The notes under the pieces are model-generated. The model searched no databases. It was given only the letters and a program-made list of their open reading frames with translations, and was not told where the DNA came from. Made by a program: the position numbers and the translations under genes. From IMG/VR virus record IMGVR_UViG_3300032285_000182, positions 1 through 28,818 of that record: DNA of 28,818 nt. One strand, 5' to 3'. Each line of letters starts with the position of its first letter. Position 1 is the first letter of the stretch. This DNA is from a virus. Taxonomy: Duplodnaviria > Caudoviricetes. Below, piece after piece: positions 1 to 9,142 of this stretch.

Positions 1-140
1 GAAGTAACCTGAGTTGGGGACAATACTGGACCCCACTGGAAAGCACCAGCAAAAGCACCACGACTAGTAGATACTGCTGGAACAATCGCTGTGAAATCTT
101 TTTCTACGACTGCAACGCCTGGAGATAATTGGAACGGCAT
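1..140 (-). CDS. gp18: Tail sheath protein (T4 gp18-like), N-terminal fragment, runs off the left edge
   Basis: Not in the ORF track. Manual translation from ATG at 140 gives MPFQLSPGVAVVEKDFTAIVPAVSTSRGAFAGAFQWGPVLSPTQVT, matching the LSPGV...E.D...F.WGP sheath N-terminus. AAGGAG RBS at 148-153. Follows gp17 as in T4. Confidence 0.95.
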   Translation of the reverse strand, partial: MPFQLSPGVAVVEKDFTAIVPAVSTSRGAFAGAFQWGPVLSPTQVT

Positions 141-194
141 TGTGGTTCTCCTTGTTAATAAGTTTTACTTTAGACAGAAATCTTGTCTACCATT

Positions 195-202
195 TATTTA
201 GT
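195..202 (-). promoter_or_regulatory. Putative T4-type (gp55-dependent) late promoter ACTAAATA upstream of gp18
   Basis: Plus strand tatttagt at 195-202 in the gp17-gp18 intergenic gap. Variant of the TATAAATA consensus. Confidence 0.6.
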
Positions 203-216
203 TTTTCTTGGTTTTC

Positions 217-1794
217 TCAAAAATTCAATGGATCTTTATCGCCATTTCCATCATCATAGAACCCAAAGGGAGTTAGTTCATCCTCAATTGCTTGAATCTG
301 TTTCTCATACATAATAGTTCTTAGGTTTATGTTATTTAGGTCTTTAAAATACGGCTGTGTTGTAAGCCAACCAAAAAGAACTAAAGGCATAACCAAGTCA
401 TCATGATACCCTTCATCTGCTTCATAAGATCCTTTTTTCTCAATAAAAGTAGAGATTTCAGAGATCGTATCTGCATCAGTGATCAATAGTTTATTTTCTT
501 CGACTAAAGATTTGAAGTTATGACATCCAATTCGTTTAATCTTTTTGTCAGTGTTAACACCAAGTTGGGTTTTACCCCCACCGAAACCAGCACCAACATA
601 TTGCCCTTGTGTATGACGATTAACAAACAGTATATTCTCGTACTCTAATTCATTGTATAAGATATGGGCAACCTGTTCGCTAACATTTATCTCAAGTAAG
701 AGATATGCTTCATTGTATTCTTTACCTATTTTATACAGGATATTAGGATATAGTAAAGGACTAATATCATTCTTTCTATATTTCGCAACAATCCTATATG
801 GTGATTCAGTAATATCAACAACCTGAAACGCTGAGTAGTCACCACCAACACCTTTTGCTACGTCAGCAACTAAACAGTATGTGTGACCTTTTTGTGGTCT
901 TACATAAACATCTAATCCTTCTTTCTCATAGATCTTAGGATCTATTGGCATCTTAGAAATAACATCAGCATTGATTAAAGTTAAACTAGAACCAAGAAAT
1001 TTACAAGAAACTTCTTGATTATATTTAAGTTCACCAAGCATTGCTTTTTGTTCAGCAGCCCATTTGTCATCACGACCTGGAATTTCCCAATAAGGAATAA
1101 ACAATGGCGTAAAACCATTACGACCATTCTCAGCATCATTCCAAAATTTCCAAAAGTGATTATAACCAAGTGGTGTTGAACTTAATAGAATCTTAGTTGT
1201 TTCACCAGCAGAAATAGTTGGGTAAACAGAAGTAAAGAATTCTTCAGCTACGTTGTTAGGAATAATCGCAGCCTCATCAACGTAAAGCATGTTAACAGAT
1301 TTACCACGGATACCAGAAGTAGAAGTTGCAGCAGTGAAAACTTTACTACCATTTTCTAATTCAATATCGCCTTTGTTCCAAGTAGTTACACCTTGTTGCA
1401 TCCAAATAGGCAGCATCTCATACATAGTTTGGTAACGATCTAACACTTCTCTTGCAGATGGTGCTTTGTTGGCCAAGATCGCCACAGTTTTATTCGCTTG
1501 GAATAAAGTATACCATAAGATATATGCGGCAGAAGTAGTAGTTTTACCTTGTTGACGTCCTTCCATAAGGATGATACGTCGATTATTATGAATTACATTT
1601 AATTTATTTTTCTGACAATCGTATAACTTAAATAACTGAAGACCATGGTCAAGAGTAACGATATAACAGTAGTTCTCAATAAAGTAAATATAATCCTGAG
1701 CACATTTCATATACTCACGGATATTATCTGGCGTAAAATCAACAACAACACCAGCAGCTTTTAAGTTCGAATTCGAATTATATATTTCAGCCAT
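217..1794 (-). CDS. gp17: Large terminase subunit (T4 gp17-like)
   Basis: Walker A GRQQGKTT, Walker B MLYVDEAA, coupling motif LSSTPLG, RNase H-like nuclease motifs VADVAKGVGGDYS and HDDLVM. Lies between gp15 and gp18. Confidence 0.97.
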   Translation of the reverse strand: MAEIYNSNSNLKAAGVVVDFTPDNIREYMKCAQDYIYFIENYCYIVTLDHGLQLFKLYDCQKNKLNVIHNNRRIILMEGRQQGKTTTSAAYILWYTLFQANKTVAILANKAPSAREVLDRYQTMYEMLPIWMQQGVTTWNKGDIELENGSKVFTAATSTSGIRGKSVNMLYVDEAAIIPNNVAEEFFTSVYPTISAGETTKILLSSTPLGYNHFWKFWNDAENGRNGFTPLFIPYWEIPGRDDKWAAEQKAMLGELKYNQEVSCKFLGSSLTLINADVISKMPIDPKIYEKEGLDVYVRPQKGHTYCLVADVAKGVGGDYSAFQVVDITESPYRIVAKYRKNDISPLLYPNILYKIGKEYNEAYLLLEINVSEQVAHILYNELEYENILFVNRHTQGQYVGAGFGGGKTQLGVNTDKKIKRIGCHNFKSLVEENKLLITDADTISEISTFIEKKGSYEADEGYHDDLVMPLVLFGWLTTQPYFKDLNNINLRTIMYEKQIQAIEDELTPFGFYDDGNGDKDPLNF

Positions 1795-2544
1795 TTATAA
1801 TCCTTGGCCAGTCCACTGCTCCGAAGTAACTGTTGCAGTAGTAACATCACCTTGAGCAACATAAACTCTATTTGTTCCAGTTACTTCATTCTGTCCAACA
1901 TTAGCATTAACCTGAGTAATGACACCCTGACCAGAAATTGGACCATATAAATTGAGTTTCATTTCAAAATTTAAAGTATGAGTAACAAATCTTCTATCAG
2001 TAAATGCACCATCGTATTCATCAACTACAGAAACGCTATTTAAAATAACTGGCACATCCATAGTAATTCCCATCTCTGGGATCATATTAATTGTCAATGT
2101 ATATTCAGGTGTAAAAGTAGGAAGGATCTGTTCAATAATTTGCATTCCATCTTCTTGGGTTTTAGTTAAAACATAAAGAGATAAATCTAAATTATAAGGA
2201 ACAGGGGTATATACAGTTGGTTTGGTTGTATTAGAAGAATCAGTTGTAATCTGCTGCATGCGATTTAACTTACGAGAAGAATCATAAGTATAACCCATAA
2301 TTTCAAAAGACATTCTTGGCAGAGAAATCATAGTTGTGTTGTTTTCTAAATCAGATTGCTGATCTAAACGAACTAACCATTTTTCTTTTGGCGCATATGA
2401 AAGAGGAACTTGTAAACGCTGAATAGTATCACCATTAACAGAGTCGCCTTGTTTGCGATCAATATAAACATCGCTGAATAAACGACCGAATGCTACGATC
2501 GCCTTTCTTATAGAACCATGATAATAAACATTTCCATTAAGCAT
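1795..2544 (-). CDS. gp15: Tail sheath stabiliser / tail terminator (T4 gp15-like)
   Basis: YYHGSIRKAIVAFGRLFSD, VPLSYAPKEKWL, LPRMSFE and QIIEQILPTFTP are typical gp15 motifs. Synteny after gp14. Confidence 0.93.
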   Translation of the reverse strand: MLNGNVYYHGSIRKAIVAFGRLFSDVYIDRKQGDSVNGDTIQRLQVPLSYAPKEKWLVRLDQQSDLENNTTMISLPRMSFEIMGYTYDSSRKLNRMQQITTDSSNTTKPTVYTPVPYNLDLSLYVLTKTQEDGMQIIEQILPTFTPEYTLTINMIPEMGITMDVPVILNSVSVVDEYDGAFTDRRFVTHTLNFEMKLNLYGPISGQGVITQVNANVGQNEVTGTNRVYVAQGDVTTATVTSEQWTGQGL

Positions 2545-3466
2545 TGTTTATTTCTCCGAATGGATTATTTTCATCAAAGTTTATTACACCAGTTGCTGCA
2601 GTTTTAAATGCATCATTCTCACCAAAACCATCAGAAGATTTATTGATATCAATATCAATAGTTGTCGTTGCAGCAGCACCAGTGCCACCACCACCAATAA
2701 AACTAACAGTTGGGGCAATTTGATAACCAGTACCTGCATTTGTGATGGTTATCCCAGTAATCTTATTAAGATTTACTCCAGAAGTTCCTCTAATTGCTGT
2801 TGCCGCAGCACCGATTCCAGAAGAACTAGTAAATACAACAGTTGGAACAGAAGTATATCCTGAACCACTATTTGTTAATGTAATAGTATTCACACGACCA
2901 TGACTATTCCTAGTTGTATTAGTACTGAATGTTTTAAGAGATTCAAACGCATCAACTTCAGCAATACCAGTATCAATTCTTTCTGAAGAGTACTGGAACA
3001 ATTCAACTTGTAGTTTATAAACATATAGTTTACCAAGTTGATAAAATGGATCTAGATGTTGAACAAATTTAAGTTCAAACAATCCACCAGTAAGTGGAAA
3101 GTAAATTAAATCACCTTCATTTGGGCGAGAAGGAATTGTAGTTGCACCATAACGACCAACCAATTGATTCCAACGTCTACGAGCAACTACTAAAGTTGCA
3201 GACTGTTCAATCATTAAACCAAACTTCTGAATAAAAGCACCCTGACCACCAAATGAATCTACGTTCTCAAAATACATTTCGATAGGAAATGCAGTTTTAA
3301 ATTGAGAAAGACGATCTTCACCTAGAACATTATCCTTAGATACTAAGGATCTTGGAATGTAGAATACCTCATTACCATAAATCTTTAATGATTCAATGAT
3401 AATATCTTCAATCAGGTACTGTTCGTTTTTAGTTCCCTGAGAAAAATATACATTTACTGTAGACAT
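2537..3466 (-). CDS. gp14: Neck protein / head-tail connector (T4 gp14-like) with an inserted Gly/Thr-rich module
   Basis: EQYLIEDIIIESLKIYG, YIPR, FPIEMY, KFGL, PNEGDLIYFP, PFYQLGK and a C-terminal F.E.NPFG motif. Confidence 0.93.
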   Translation of the reverse strand: MSTVNVYFSQGTKNEQYLIEDIIIESLKIYGNEVFYIPRSLVSKDNVLGEDRLSQFKTAFPIEMYFENVDSFGGQGAFIQKFGLMIEQSATLVVARRRWNQLVGRYGATTIPSRPNEGDLIYFPLTGGLFELKFVQHLDPFYQLGKLYVYKLQVELFQYSSERIDTGIAEVDAFESLKTFSTNTTRNSHGRVNTITLTNSGSGYTSVPTVVFTSSSGIGAAATAIRGTSGVNLNKITGITITNAGTGYQIAPTVSFIGGGGTGAAATTTIDIDINKSSDGFGENDAFKTAATGVINFDENNPFGEINNA

Positions 3467-3467
3467 T

Positions 3468-4433
3468 TTATCCTAAGAAGAATTCTAGCGGAGCTGATTT
3501 ATTTTGTAATTCGTCTTCTAAGGTTTGAATTTCATTCATGGCTTCAGCATATAACTTATCGCCATCTAATGTTACGCCACCTGGAAGTTGAAGACCTGTA
3601 AATTTCTTTAGGTTAGTACCCCATTGACGTTTGAATTGAGCAGTAGTATAACGCTTGATCCAATTTTCATTCCATACTTTAGAAAACTCAGCTGGGTCAA
3701 GAGCACGATATGCTTGAACGATAATATAATCGCCAAACTGGATATCAGTTGCCCAGTTAATATCTAAGTATAAACGATTTTGTAAACGATTAAAACGATA
3801 CAGAGTATGACCATTTAACTCTAAATCTAACAGAGCCAAATGAGACATAACAGTTTTAAAATAAATGATAGATGTAGATGTTAAATCATACAAGTCATTT
3901 AAACGCAATTGATATTGCAAGTCAAAGATATTCTTTGAAGAAGATGCTTGACCAATAGATAGTACTTTTTGTACACCATAAACCGCATCGGGAATATCTA
4001 TGTATTTCTTATCATACTCACCAAGCGTACAAGGAGTTCCTGAACCAAGAGTAGCAGTAACACCACCACCAGTAATAGTCTCACCAGCAATAAAAGTACC
4101 AACTACGTTTTTAACAAGTAGTGTATTACCAGTAGAAGCAACTGAGTTTTCTCTAGTTACTGTTGCCTTTGCGCCAGATGTTCCACCAACGATTGGTTGT
4201 TCTAAACCAAACGATGCAGCATTACCTGTAGTAAGAGTAATAGTTGAAGCATGGATTTGACACTTAAGATATATTTGTTCTATACCCTCGTAGTGATATA
4301 GACGCCAGTAATCCAGCACCTGATCAATACGATCTTCTAACTGATCATCATCTACGTTAATCTCCAAAACTGGAGCACCTAGATCTCTGAGGCAGTATTG
4401 CTTTAAATCTTCTCTAGAAGCTGGAATAGCCAT
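3468..4433 (-). CDS. gp13: Neck protein (T4 gp13-like)
   Basis: LKQYCLRDLGAPVLEINVDDDQLEDRID N-terminus and KRQWGTNLKKF..LQLPGGVTLDG C-terminus. Confidence 0.95.
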   Translation of the reverse strand: MAIPASREDLKQYCLRDLGAPVLEINVDDDQLEDRIDQVLDYWRLYHYEGIEQIYLKCQIHASTITLTTGNAASFGLEQPIVGGTSGAKATVTRENSVASTGNTLLVKNVVGTFIAGETITGGGVTATLGSGTPCTLGEYDKKYIDIPDAVYGVQKVLSIGQASSSKNIFDLQYQLRLNDLYDLTSTSIIYFKTVMSHLALLDLELNGHTLYRFNRLQNRLYLDINWATDIQFGDYIIVQAYRALDPAEFSKVWNENWIKRYTTAQFKRQWGTNLKKFTGLQLPGGVTLDGDKLYAEAMNEIQTLEDELQNKSAPLEFFLG

Positions 4434-4442
4434 TTAATTACC

Positions 4443-6233
4443 TTATGCAGTGAATAGCGTAGACTTACCTTTGATAACAGAAGTACCACTTGATGCTGTT
4501 GCATATACAGTTAATGTTCCTGTTGCGATGGTTGCGCTAAAAGTGGTATTTGTTGCGTTAGTCTGAATCTCAGTACCAGTTAAATAATTTTCTGATAAAG
4601 TAACAGTAGTTCCATCATGAACAAACATTAGTTTTAGAACTCTATATGCAGTTCCATTTTTAACTTGCATTGTAAGCTCACCAGAACGATATGTTGCTGA
4701 TGGAAAAGAATATATTAAAGTTGCTGTAGTACTAGAAGTAGTTCCAGTAAATCCTTCTTCTAGGCAAAGATCTTTAAAGTTAAAACCATTACCTTTAAAT
4801 GTGCCATAAGTCCCAGAACCAATTACGTTACCTGATTCAGCACCATTTGAATAAAATTCTAATTGAGTGGAATCATTCCCCAATACTAGCGCAGCGTTCT
4901 TGTCGCTACCTTTATAATAGTGGAATCTTAAACCAATATCATATCCATTATCAGAAGTTAATGTACCACCATTGGCATAATTTAATTCAATAATTGGGTC
5001 AGTATAAGTAATAGATGTAGAAGAAACAGTAACAGTGCTACCTTGAACAGTTAAGTTACCTGGAATAGTAACACCATCTTTAGTAATACCCATTACTTTC
5101 TGTGCGCCATTACCAGCAGCATTCTTAGCAAAGAATTCTAATTCACCATTAGATGCGCCAGCAGAAGTTTCTGCTCTGATGTAAGTATATTTGTCAACAG
5201 AAGAAACACCACCAAGTGAAGACCAAGCACCAGAAGAATATCCCTCAAAAGAAACTGTGTCGCTGTTATAGCGAACCATACCAGTAGCTGGAGTCCAAGA
5301 ACGCTGAGCATTAGTGCCAACTGGAACTTGTAAATAACCAAGAACAGTAATACCAGTAATAGTACCAGCAGTTGGAGTTGTACCACCAGTAACTGTAACA
5401 GTAATACTTGTTGAACTAACAACACTTGCAATTACTACGCTAGTAGGTGAATTATATAAAGTCCCAGTTCCTCCAGTTACTTTAATTTCTTGTCCAGCAG
5501 AAAGACCAGTTGTTGATGACATACCAGTAACTGTAACTGTCCATGGACCACTACCAGTAATATTTGGAGAAGTAATTGTACCATTACCAAAACTACCGTT
5601 ACCCATTATTAAGTTTGTTAAACCAGAGAACGTAGTTACTGTTCCACCAAGAGAAACAGCAGTAGAACCAAGAATAACTTGACCAGCTGCCCAAGTAGGA
5701 GAATAACCAGCACCAGCTGATTGTAAGAACGTACCTGACGCACCAGCAGTAATAAATGTAGTTAAAGATGTATCAGATTGAATCAATAACTGACCAGCAG
5801 AACCACCAGTAATATTAGAAGCAGAAGTAGCAGTGGTAGCATTACCAGCAGTAACAGAGGAAGCGTTAACCCAAACTGGAGAACCTGTACCACCAGAAAC
5901 TAAAATTTGTCCAGAAGTACCTGCAGCAGAAAGAGCTAAACCAGAAGCACCAGAATAAGCAATTGCACCAGCAACACCACTTAATGACGAACCAGTACCA
6001 CCATACGCTAATCCAACAGCTGTACCAGTCCAAACAGAACCAGTACTAAAAGTTTTATTGAGAGCAGTTTGGGCAGTAGTAGTGTTCAGCATAATCGCTG
6101 CGCCACCACCAGTCACACCATCGTGAAGTCGGATTGTTTTTACATCTGTATCGATCGAGATCTCGCCATTTGCCCCAGTGAACGCATTGTTCTGGGTAGT
6201 AGTTCCTCGTCTAAATTGTACTTGTGTTGACAT
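4443..6233 (-). CDS. Tail fibre-like protein with Mtd_N-like (QxRRGT) N-terminal domain
   Basis: N-terminus QVQFRRGTTTQNNAFTGANGEISIDTDVKTIRLHDG, Gly/Thr/Ser-rich shaft, VPVGTNAQR...GMVRYNSD...FEGY fibre motif. Confidence 0.75.
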   Translation of the reverse strand: MSTQVQFRRGTTTQNNAFTGANGEISIDTDVKTIRLHDGVTGGGAAIMLNTTTAQTALNKTFSTGSVWTGTAVGLAYGGTGSSLSGVAGAIAYSGASGLALSAAGTSGQILVSGGTGSPVWVNASSVTAGNATTATSASNITGGSAGQLLIQSDTSLTTFITAGASGTFLQSAGAGYSPTWAAGQVILGSTAVSLGGTVTTFSGLTNLIMGNGSFGNGTITSPNITGSGPWTVTVTGMSSTTGLSAGQEIKVTGGTGTLYNSPTSVVIASVVSSTSITVTVTGGTTPTAGTITGITVLGYLQVPVGTNAQRSWTPATGMVRYNSDTVSFEGYSSGAWSSLGGVSSVDKYTYIRAETSAGASNGELEFFAKNAAGNGAQKVMGITKDGVTIPGNLTVQGSTVTVSSTSITYTDPIIELNYANGGTLTSDNGYDIGLRFHYYKGSDKNAALVLGNDSTQLEFYSNGAESGNVIGSGTYGTFKGNGFNFKDLCLEEGFTGTTSSTTATLIYSFPSATYRSGELTMQVKNGTAYRVLKLMFVHDGTTVTLSENYLTGTEIQTNATNTTFSATIATGTLTVYATASSGTSVIKGKSTLFTA

Positions 6234-6253
6234 AGTCTTCCTCTATTTTTGTA

Positions 6254-6261
6254 TATTTATG
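6254..6261 (-). promoter_or_regulatory. Putative late promoter CATAAATA overlapping the stop codon of the 958-aa gene
   Basis: Plus strand tatttatg at 6254-6261, about 20 nt upstream of the ATG at 6233. Confidence 0.55.
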
Positions 6262-9133
6262 CCTGTGCTTCAGACCAGAATAAGTTAATGTTAGTGTTAG
6301 AAGTAGATGTTGAAAGATTCTTAACAACTACCGCAAGAACGTCTGGACCATCTGGATAATTTGAATAACCACCAATGGCAGAGTTTGTTAATTCTTTTAG
6401 GTTTGACAAGTCAATCTGCGCAAACCCTCCAGGTTGACCCAATGTACTAAAGTTTTGTTCACCTGGAGTTGCTGCAGTAGTAGTACTTGTAGAAACTTGA
6501 GCAAACGAAGGTTGAGAACCTAAAGCAACAGTATTAACCGCATTCCAAGTTAATGATGAAGCATCAATATTACCTGGATTTAAAATACCATATACTTGAA
6601 TAGACTGATCACCCTGAACTTGTAACTGCTGAAGTAGTAACTGTGCTCGGTTAATAAGGTCGCGATCACCGAACTGACCAGCAATTGAGTTTGATACAGA
6701 TGGCGCTAATCTTAAGAAGAACGCAGTCTTAGATTGTCCTGATGTTAACGAAATACCAGTTGCAGCGTAGTTAAAGTAGTAACCACGATCAGAATCAAAG
6801 CCACCATCCATAATATAAGAAGAACCCCAGTGGTTAACGATTGGTGAACAAGTACAAGTAATTAAAGTTACTGCAGTGTATCCATTACCAACAGCATGAC
6901 TCGCTGCAGCGCCACCAGAGAATGTCTTATTAGAACCACCAACGAACATTGAGAATGATGCGCCACGAGTACATCCAGTTAAAGTATTACCTGTTTTACC
7001 AGTGTAATTAATATATTCATTTTCAATAAGAATGGTACCACCAGTAGCTGGGAAACGAGAAGCATCATATAATACAACTGAGGTAACAGAACTATTCATG
7101 GCAGTTGCTAAACGATCTCGAGCAGATTCATTAATCGCTTGATAGCGAACCGCACTGTTACCAGTACGCATATATGCTTCATCATTTACGTTATTTTGTT
7201 TCATACGGTGAACAGGAATCATATTACCATCTGGACCACGTAGCATGAAGTCAATAAAACCAGCACCATACCAAGAGAATGATACTCCAAGCATTTGCAT
7301 TTTGTTTAGGTTAACTGCATAACCAGAAATACCAGTGCCATCAATTTTATCAAAGTTAAACTGAGATTGTGGAACACGTGTATCAATAACCTGAGCAATT
7401 TTAATACCTGAAGAAGAATTAACACCACGATACTCTGGGTTGATAGACATAGTAGTATCATCAGTAACAGAACCAACACGATACGTCATACCACGAATAA
7501 CAATACTATCACCTTGCTTTAACTGTTGAGTAAAACGAGTTGAAGTGCCAGTAATTGATTGAGAGCCTGGAGTAACAGAAATAAATCCTGATAACTGATA
7601 AGTCGCTGAACGCTTAACAACTGCTAATTCTTGTCCGTCATATTCCCAGAATAATCCGTTTTGATCATCGAATGGACCGCATCGAGTACTTGCGCCGATC
7701 CAATTCTTAACAGTAACACGTGGTAAGTTAGTAATAACAGCAGTAGTGCTACCAAGAATTGCTTGGGCATTAACTGTGAACGTAGATTCGTTAATAATAG
7801 AAACTACACCATATATACCATTGTAACCAGAAGTAACAACACCTGCAATCTCAACAGTACAACCAGCCTGTAGACCATGGTCAACTTCAGTTGAAACTGT
7901 GATGGCTGAACCAACAGTTGTAGCAGCTGCAGAGATTTGGTCAAGGTTTAGAACTGGGTTGAATAAAACACCAGAAGTCCAAAGAATACCTTTACCTGAT
8001 TGGTAACGCATATACTTTTTAGTTTGACGAGCAACAGAAGCTCCATGCGAAGGAAGGAATGTACCAATATTAACACCACCATCGAATGGTCTGTGTTGAA
8101 CATAAGCATCAGAACGAGTGAATGTATTTGCAACAATACTAGAGTTTTGTACTGCGCCACCAACTCGAGCAGTAAACGTAAATGTAGTTGCAGAAGGTAC
8201 TGTCTCAACGAAGAAGTTACCACTCATTAAACTGTGGTTTGTTCCACTAGAAGTAACTACGTTAACAATAGGTGCACCAGCAATTAGACCATGGTTTGCC
8301 GCTAAAGTTACTGTAATTTTTGAAGGAGAGTTACCATCAGAAGTATAACCAGTAACTGGTAAATTAGCACCAGCATAGAAACCACCACGACGTGCGTAAG
8401 TAGACTGGTTAAAAACAGAAGTTCCATTAGTTCCTACAATACCTTTAGCAAAGTAAGTAAACGAATTGTTATCAGGAACAGAGGTAATAACGAAAGCACC
8501 TTCAGCACGAGCAGCAGCAGAAGTTCCTGCACAACCGAATACAATAACTGGAGTTGCAATTGAGAGACCATGCGCCTGTGAAGTAGTAACAGTCATAACA
8601 GATGGGTTACCACCATCTGATGTAATATTAGTTACGAATAAGTCAAGACCTGGTTTTTCGTAGATACCTGGAATACCACGGATATCTGAATAGTTCTGCC
8701 ACTTAGTAGGCTGTAAACCATATTCAAAGTCAGCGTCAATTAATGATTGTGGATTAGCAACACGTTGGCGTTCAATAGCATCAACACCAAAAGCATATGG
8801 GCGAGTAATGTTACCAACATATTTTGGGGCATCAGAATAAATCGCCAACTTATCAGTTGACAACATTGTTGAAGTATCAGCTGCAAAAGTTACAGTAGTT
8901 ACACCAACCTGTTCAGAATACTGAGCAGTACCACCCATAAAAGTAGTATCGGTAGCATCGTATGCGATTGTACCATTCTTTGTTGGGTCACCAATAGCGT
9001 AGATGTTTGTTTGCTGAGTTTTATTTGCAATAATCAAAAGCTGAGTTAAGTCAACTTTACCAGGAAACTTAACAGTTCCTGATCCCGCTACGTTTGGAGA
9101 GAAAATATATTTTTCAACTAACTGACGTGCCAT
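6257..9133 (-). CDS. Large virion structural protein (fibre/spike-associated) with repeated HGL beta modules
   Basis: 958 aa, beta-rich. Three repeats VTTSQAHGL / VTLAANHGL / VSTEVDHGL, each followed by ...FT(Y/F/V). RVANPQSLIDADFEYG motif. Lies within the fibre cluster. Confidence 0.65.
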   Translation of the reverse strand: MARQLVEKYIFSPNVAGSGTVKFPGKVDLTQLLIIANKTQQTNIYAIGDPTKNGTIAYDATDTTFMGGTAQYSEQVGVTTVTFAADTSTMLSTDKLAIYSDAPKYVGNITRPYAFGVDAIERQRVANPQSLIDADFEYGLQPTKWQNYSDIRGIPGIYEKPGLDLFVTNITSDGGNPSVMTVTTSQAHGLSIATPVIVFGCAGTSAAARAEGAFVITSVPDNNSFTYFAKGIVGTNGTSVFNQSTYARRGGFYAGANLPVTGYTSDGNSPSKITVTLAANHGLIAGAPIVNVVTSSGTNHSLMSGNFFVETVPSATTFTFTARVGGAVQNSSIVANTFTRSDAYVQHRPFDGGVNIGTFLPSHGASVARQTKKYMRYQSGKGILWTSGVLFNPVLNLDQISAAATTVGSAITVSTEVDHGLQAGCTVEIAGVVTSGYNGIYGVVSIINESTFTVNAQAILGSTTAVITNLPRVTVKNWIGASTRCGPFDDQNGLFWEYDGQELAVVKRSATYQLSGFISVTPGSQSITGTSTRFTQQLKQGDSIVIRGMTYRVGSVTDDTTMSINPEYRGVNSSSGIKIAQVIDTRVPQSQFNFDKIDGTGISGYAVNLNKMQMLGVSFSWYGAGFIDFMLRGPDGNMIPVHRMKQNNVNDEAYMRTGNSAVRYQAINESARDRLATAMNSSVTSVVLYDASRFPATGGTILIENEYINYTGKTGNTLTGCTRGASFSMFVGGSNKTFSGGAAASHAVGNGYTAVTLITCTCSPIVNHWGSSYIMDGGFDSDRGYYFNYAATGISLTSGQSKTAFFLRLAPSVSNSIAGQFGDRDLINRAQLLLQQLQVQGDQSIQVYGILNPGNIDASSLTWNAVNTVALGSQPSFAQVSTSTTTAATPGEQNFSTLGQPGGFAQIDLSNLKELTNSAIGGYSNYPDGPDVLAVVVKNLSTSTSNTNINLFWSEAQA

Positions 9134-9142
9134 GTTATATCC

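Noticed and set aside
171-189. tagaca...tgtcta inverted repeat as an intrinsic terminator after gp17
   Set aside because: Only a 6-bp, AT-rich stem with no U-tract on the coding strand. Kept only as a weak possible 5' leader hairpin.
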